Positions 61,861 to 64,000 of a stretch of 64,000 bases of DNA are shown here, in pieces. This DNA comes from Lepidodermella squamata. Taxonomy: Eukaryota > Animalia > Gastrotricha. The notes under the pieces are model-generated. The model saw only the letters and a program-made list of their open reading frames with translations, was not told the DNA's origin and did no database searches. Position numbers and translations under genes: made by a program. The DNA lies in NCBI GenBank assembly GCA_047495785.1, contig JBLDXI010000009.1, positions 1,054,001-1,118,000 of the forward strand, given 5' to 3'. Numbering within the stretch: position 1 is the stretch's first letter; every line of letters starts with the position of its first letter.

Positions 61861-61896
61861 GCAGTCCCCGGAGGAGTCCGGGGACCTGCCCACTGC
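61861..61896 (-). repeat. 5' terminal inverted repeat embedded in a hairpin of the Helentron
   Basis: GTCCCCGGA-ggag-TCCGGGGAC (61864-61885) overlaps GGGACCTGCCCA (61881-61892). Confidence 0.8.
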
Positions 61897-63115
61897 ATTT
61901 CCTTTGGTCGGTGCATTTCAGTAAACAAGAGTATCGGATGTGTATACCTTCGAAAATACTCTCGCACACCTAATGGGAGCTTATGAAAGCACATCGATGC
62001 CAATCAACAGGTGTGGATATCTAGCGTCTTCGTAAGTGTTTATGATTTGACGTCGGTTTTCATTTTCAAATTGTACAGGTCCCACTGTCTTCTGTCTTGC
62101 ACCCTCCCCGCACCAGAGAGTATGAGTAGTATTTGTAAGAGCTAACCCCGTCAGTATTCCGCCGAGCTTTAAAAATGCTCAAAAAATGTTACACCACGAA
62201 CAGGAGCAATCGGGTTGGACCCACTTAGGAACTGACATGGAATTGACGTGGACATGGAATGACCGAAATTACAAAATCCTAGCTTGAATTACACTTCCAG
62301 TTTAATTTAAAAGGACACATGCCAAAAGGACTCCATGATATTTCGTTTATTAGTATTTTCCACGCTTCAAATCGGAAATTGTGCCAAAGCGGTAACTTCT
62401 CAATATAAAAAAGTCATCACAATTCCTCGGCTGATAAGCACTGCGCAAAAAAATTGCGGTCCCTGATGGTCTGTGATTCGCATGGTGTTTGCGAAAAATA
62501 AACCATGCGGTTGCACCATGACATTTTTTCATATTCTTAAAGTATACCCGATCTCGAAGAATCTGGTAAATTTCACCACAAGCTTTCACCACAGATTCAC
62601 CACGAAGAATGAAGATTTTAATTTACGGTGGACCGGACTTCTTTTGCGCAGTGTAATTGGCTCTTAGCATCCTGAGGGCTGGTTCGCAGCGAACGATGGT
62701 ACATATAGATATGTATTTTATTGAACTTGTGAATCTGAGGGTACGCTTAGTGCGTCTATTGGTGCGAAGGAGCCACTATGTTGAATGAAATTACGGGGTG
62801 TTCGGGAATGTGTCTTATATCTTGTTTTTTTTCTGTGTATCATAAGGCGCCGATAAAAATGCACATAATGCGAAGTTCACATCATTCTTGGGCTGCGATT
62901 TAGCATGGTATATTTGGCAGCAATCAAAAGAATGTCTTATCACAGTATTGAAAAGGCACCATGTTCATCTTCGCTTTCCTCCGATCAATCTCGCTTTGGA
63001 TCAAATAGGCAGCTGCTCTGCATGCTTTGCGCCCATTCTTCGACTTGCTGACCAAAACACCGACACTGAATAAAAGCAAACGGTAAGCACCACTGTCATC
63101 GTAAATTAAGCTATT
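61897..63115 (-). pseudogene. Degenerate coding-like sequence, probably continuous with 50900-51346 before the Helentron inserted
   Basis: Protein-like fragments broken by stops and frameshifts. The reconstructed empty site GGAAAT|TAGgtaag restores an exon end with a GTAAG donor. Confidence 0.3.
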
Positions 63116-64000
63116 TTACCCAGTGCCAAGGTCGCGAAAGTTGATCACAACTTGTTGCCCGGTAGAGCTCATCCGTGCATTCGGATGTAGGGTGCATCGA
63201 ATTTGGGACGATTTGTCTGATGATTCTACGGCGACAACATCGATTACGTGAACGTGACAAGCTCGGCAGGCGACCGCCTCCTCAGCTTGGGCCGATAGGT
63301 TTAGCGTCAGTGTGATCTGCTCGCGTAATTGTGTTGGCATTGATGAAAATGCCTGCCGCTTTACCGCGGCTGAAGTTGTGGATGCAGGCGTAACAGGACA
63401 AGCTTTCATGAAAATAACTGGTGAAAACGCGACAACGTTTGATGCAATTTTTTTGTTTCCAAGCTCAGCCAGCGTAACTTCTCCAAATTTGAGATATTTT
63501 ACAGCGATATTAGTGGTATACTGCACCGCTAGCGGCGGGACAAAGATTTTAACATGCTGCGGAAGCTTGGAAGTATGCAATGGAGATGGAGCTGATTCAG
63601 ATATAGGAGAAATGGGCAGCCCAGATTCAGGTGGCAGCTTATCAAAATCCAGCCGGAATAATCCACCTGTTGCGCTAACTTTGATTATTTGCGTTGTTGG
63701 GTCGCTCATTGAAGCCTCATTCGACGAAAATTTTGTAGCGTTACGTTCTTTCGGGCTTTTCGGTTGGCTGAATTTTCTGAATTGAGTTTCGTTGAGCGGG
63801 GGCGGTGGCAACGGAGGCTGAGCTGAAGCCATTTGGAGCAATCCTGGGCTGACTGTTTCTTCGATATGTGTAGAGTAATCGGCGTCATTTTTCACAGCCA
63901 TCGATGACGGAGGAGCAGGATAACCTGTAACGTTGTTTGCCAGTGGTTGCTCAGTTTTTGAATCAATTGAATTGCAAGAATATTCGCATTCGACTGGTGC
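63116..64000 (-). CDS. Partial ORF with RPA70 DBD-C-like zinc-ribbon OB fold; probably belongs to an older mobile element
   Basis: Frame is open to the window edge. ACRAC...IRCTLH followed by VVINFRDLGTG resembles the RPA70-C pattern CxxC...CxxC, then hydrophobic strand-D-x-TG. CFGQQVEEW follows in a shifted frame, so the 3' end is spliced or degenerate. Confidence 0.45.
   Translation of the reverse strand, partial: APVECEYSCNSIDSKTEQPLANNVTGYPAPPSSMAVKNDADYSTHIEETVSPGLLQMASAQPPLPPPPLNETQFRKFSQPKSPKERNATKFSSNEASMSDPTTQIIKVSATGGLFRLDFDKLPPESGLPISPISESAPSPLHTSKLPQHVKIFVPPLAVQYTTNIAVKYLKFGEVTLAELGNKKIASNVVAFSPVIFMKACPVTPASTTSAAVKRQAFSSMPTQLREQITLTLNLSAQAEEAVACRACHVHVIDVVAVESSDKSSQIRCTLHPNARMSSTGQQVVINFRDLGTG

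Larger units (their letters stand above)
51347..61896 (-). mobile_element. Helentron/Helitron2 (HLE2)-type rolling-circle transposon, apparently full length (~10.5 kb; ends uncertain by a few bp)
   Basis: Rep-helicase ORF inside. 12-bp exact inverted repeat GGGACCTGCCCA (61881-61892) / TGGGCAGGTCCC (51380-51391). The 5' copy is built into a 9-bp hairpin and the 3' copy is followed by a 7-bp hairpin. Removing 51347-61896 leaves a T|T junction on the minus strand. Confidence 0.82.

Noticed and set aside
61978-62040. LLIGIDVLS resembling an rve integrase first-Asp motif
   Set aside because: Followed immediately by a stop, with no second Asp/Glu motif identifiable.
1-64000. CRISPR arrays, rRNA, Fanzor/TnpB ORF
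   Set aside because: No repeat-spacer pattern, rRNA signature or RuvC/zinc-finger TnpB motifs seen; the window is eukaryotic.

Overview
Eukaryotic (metazoan, protostome-type) DNA from a very compact genome with short (~45-65 nt) spliceosomal introns. The left 50 kb holds 14 host genes: TRAPPC9 (5'-partial), ABHD4/5, two oppositely oriented PIPOX/sarcosine oxidase paralogs, ELP4, drebrin-like/Abp1, a CCCH zinc-finger protein, USP30, prolyl 4-hydroxylase alpha, an uncharacterised Ser/Pro-rich gene, LMX1, a cytoplasmic intermediate filament with a lamin-tail domain, LMBRD2 and kinesin-13 (KIF2). Several are packed head-to-tail with unpaired splice acceptors, suggesting operons and trans-splicing. 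The right end holds the most unusual object, an apparently complete ~10.5 kb Helentron/Helitron2-type rolling-circle transposon (~51347-61896, minus strand) with asymmetric terminal inverted repeats and hairpins at both ends. It encodes (i) an intact 2385-aa Rep-helicase fused to a catalytically complete USP (peptidase C19) deubiquitinase, (ii) a spliced tandem-OB-fold RPA70-like gene missed by the ORF track, and (iii) between them a highly structured, apparently intron-containing, non-coding plus-strand segment. The element appears nested in an older degenerate element with an RPA70-C-like ORF. All calls come from motif recognition by eye; no searches were run, and exon boundaries are manual estimates.
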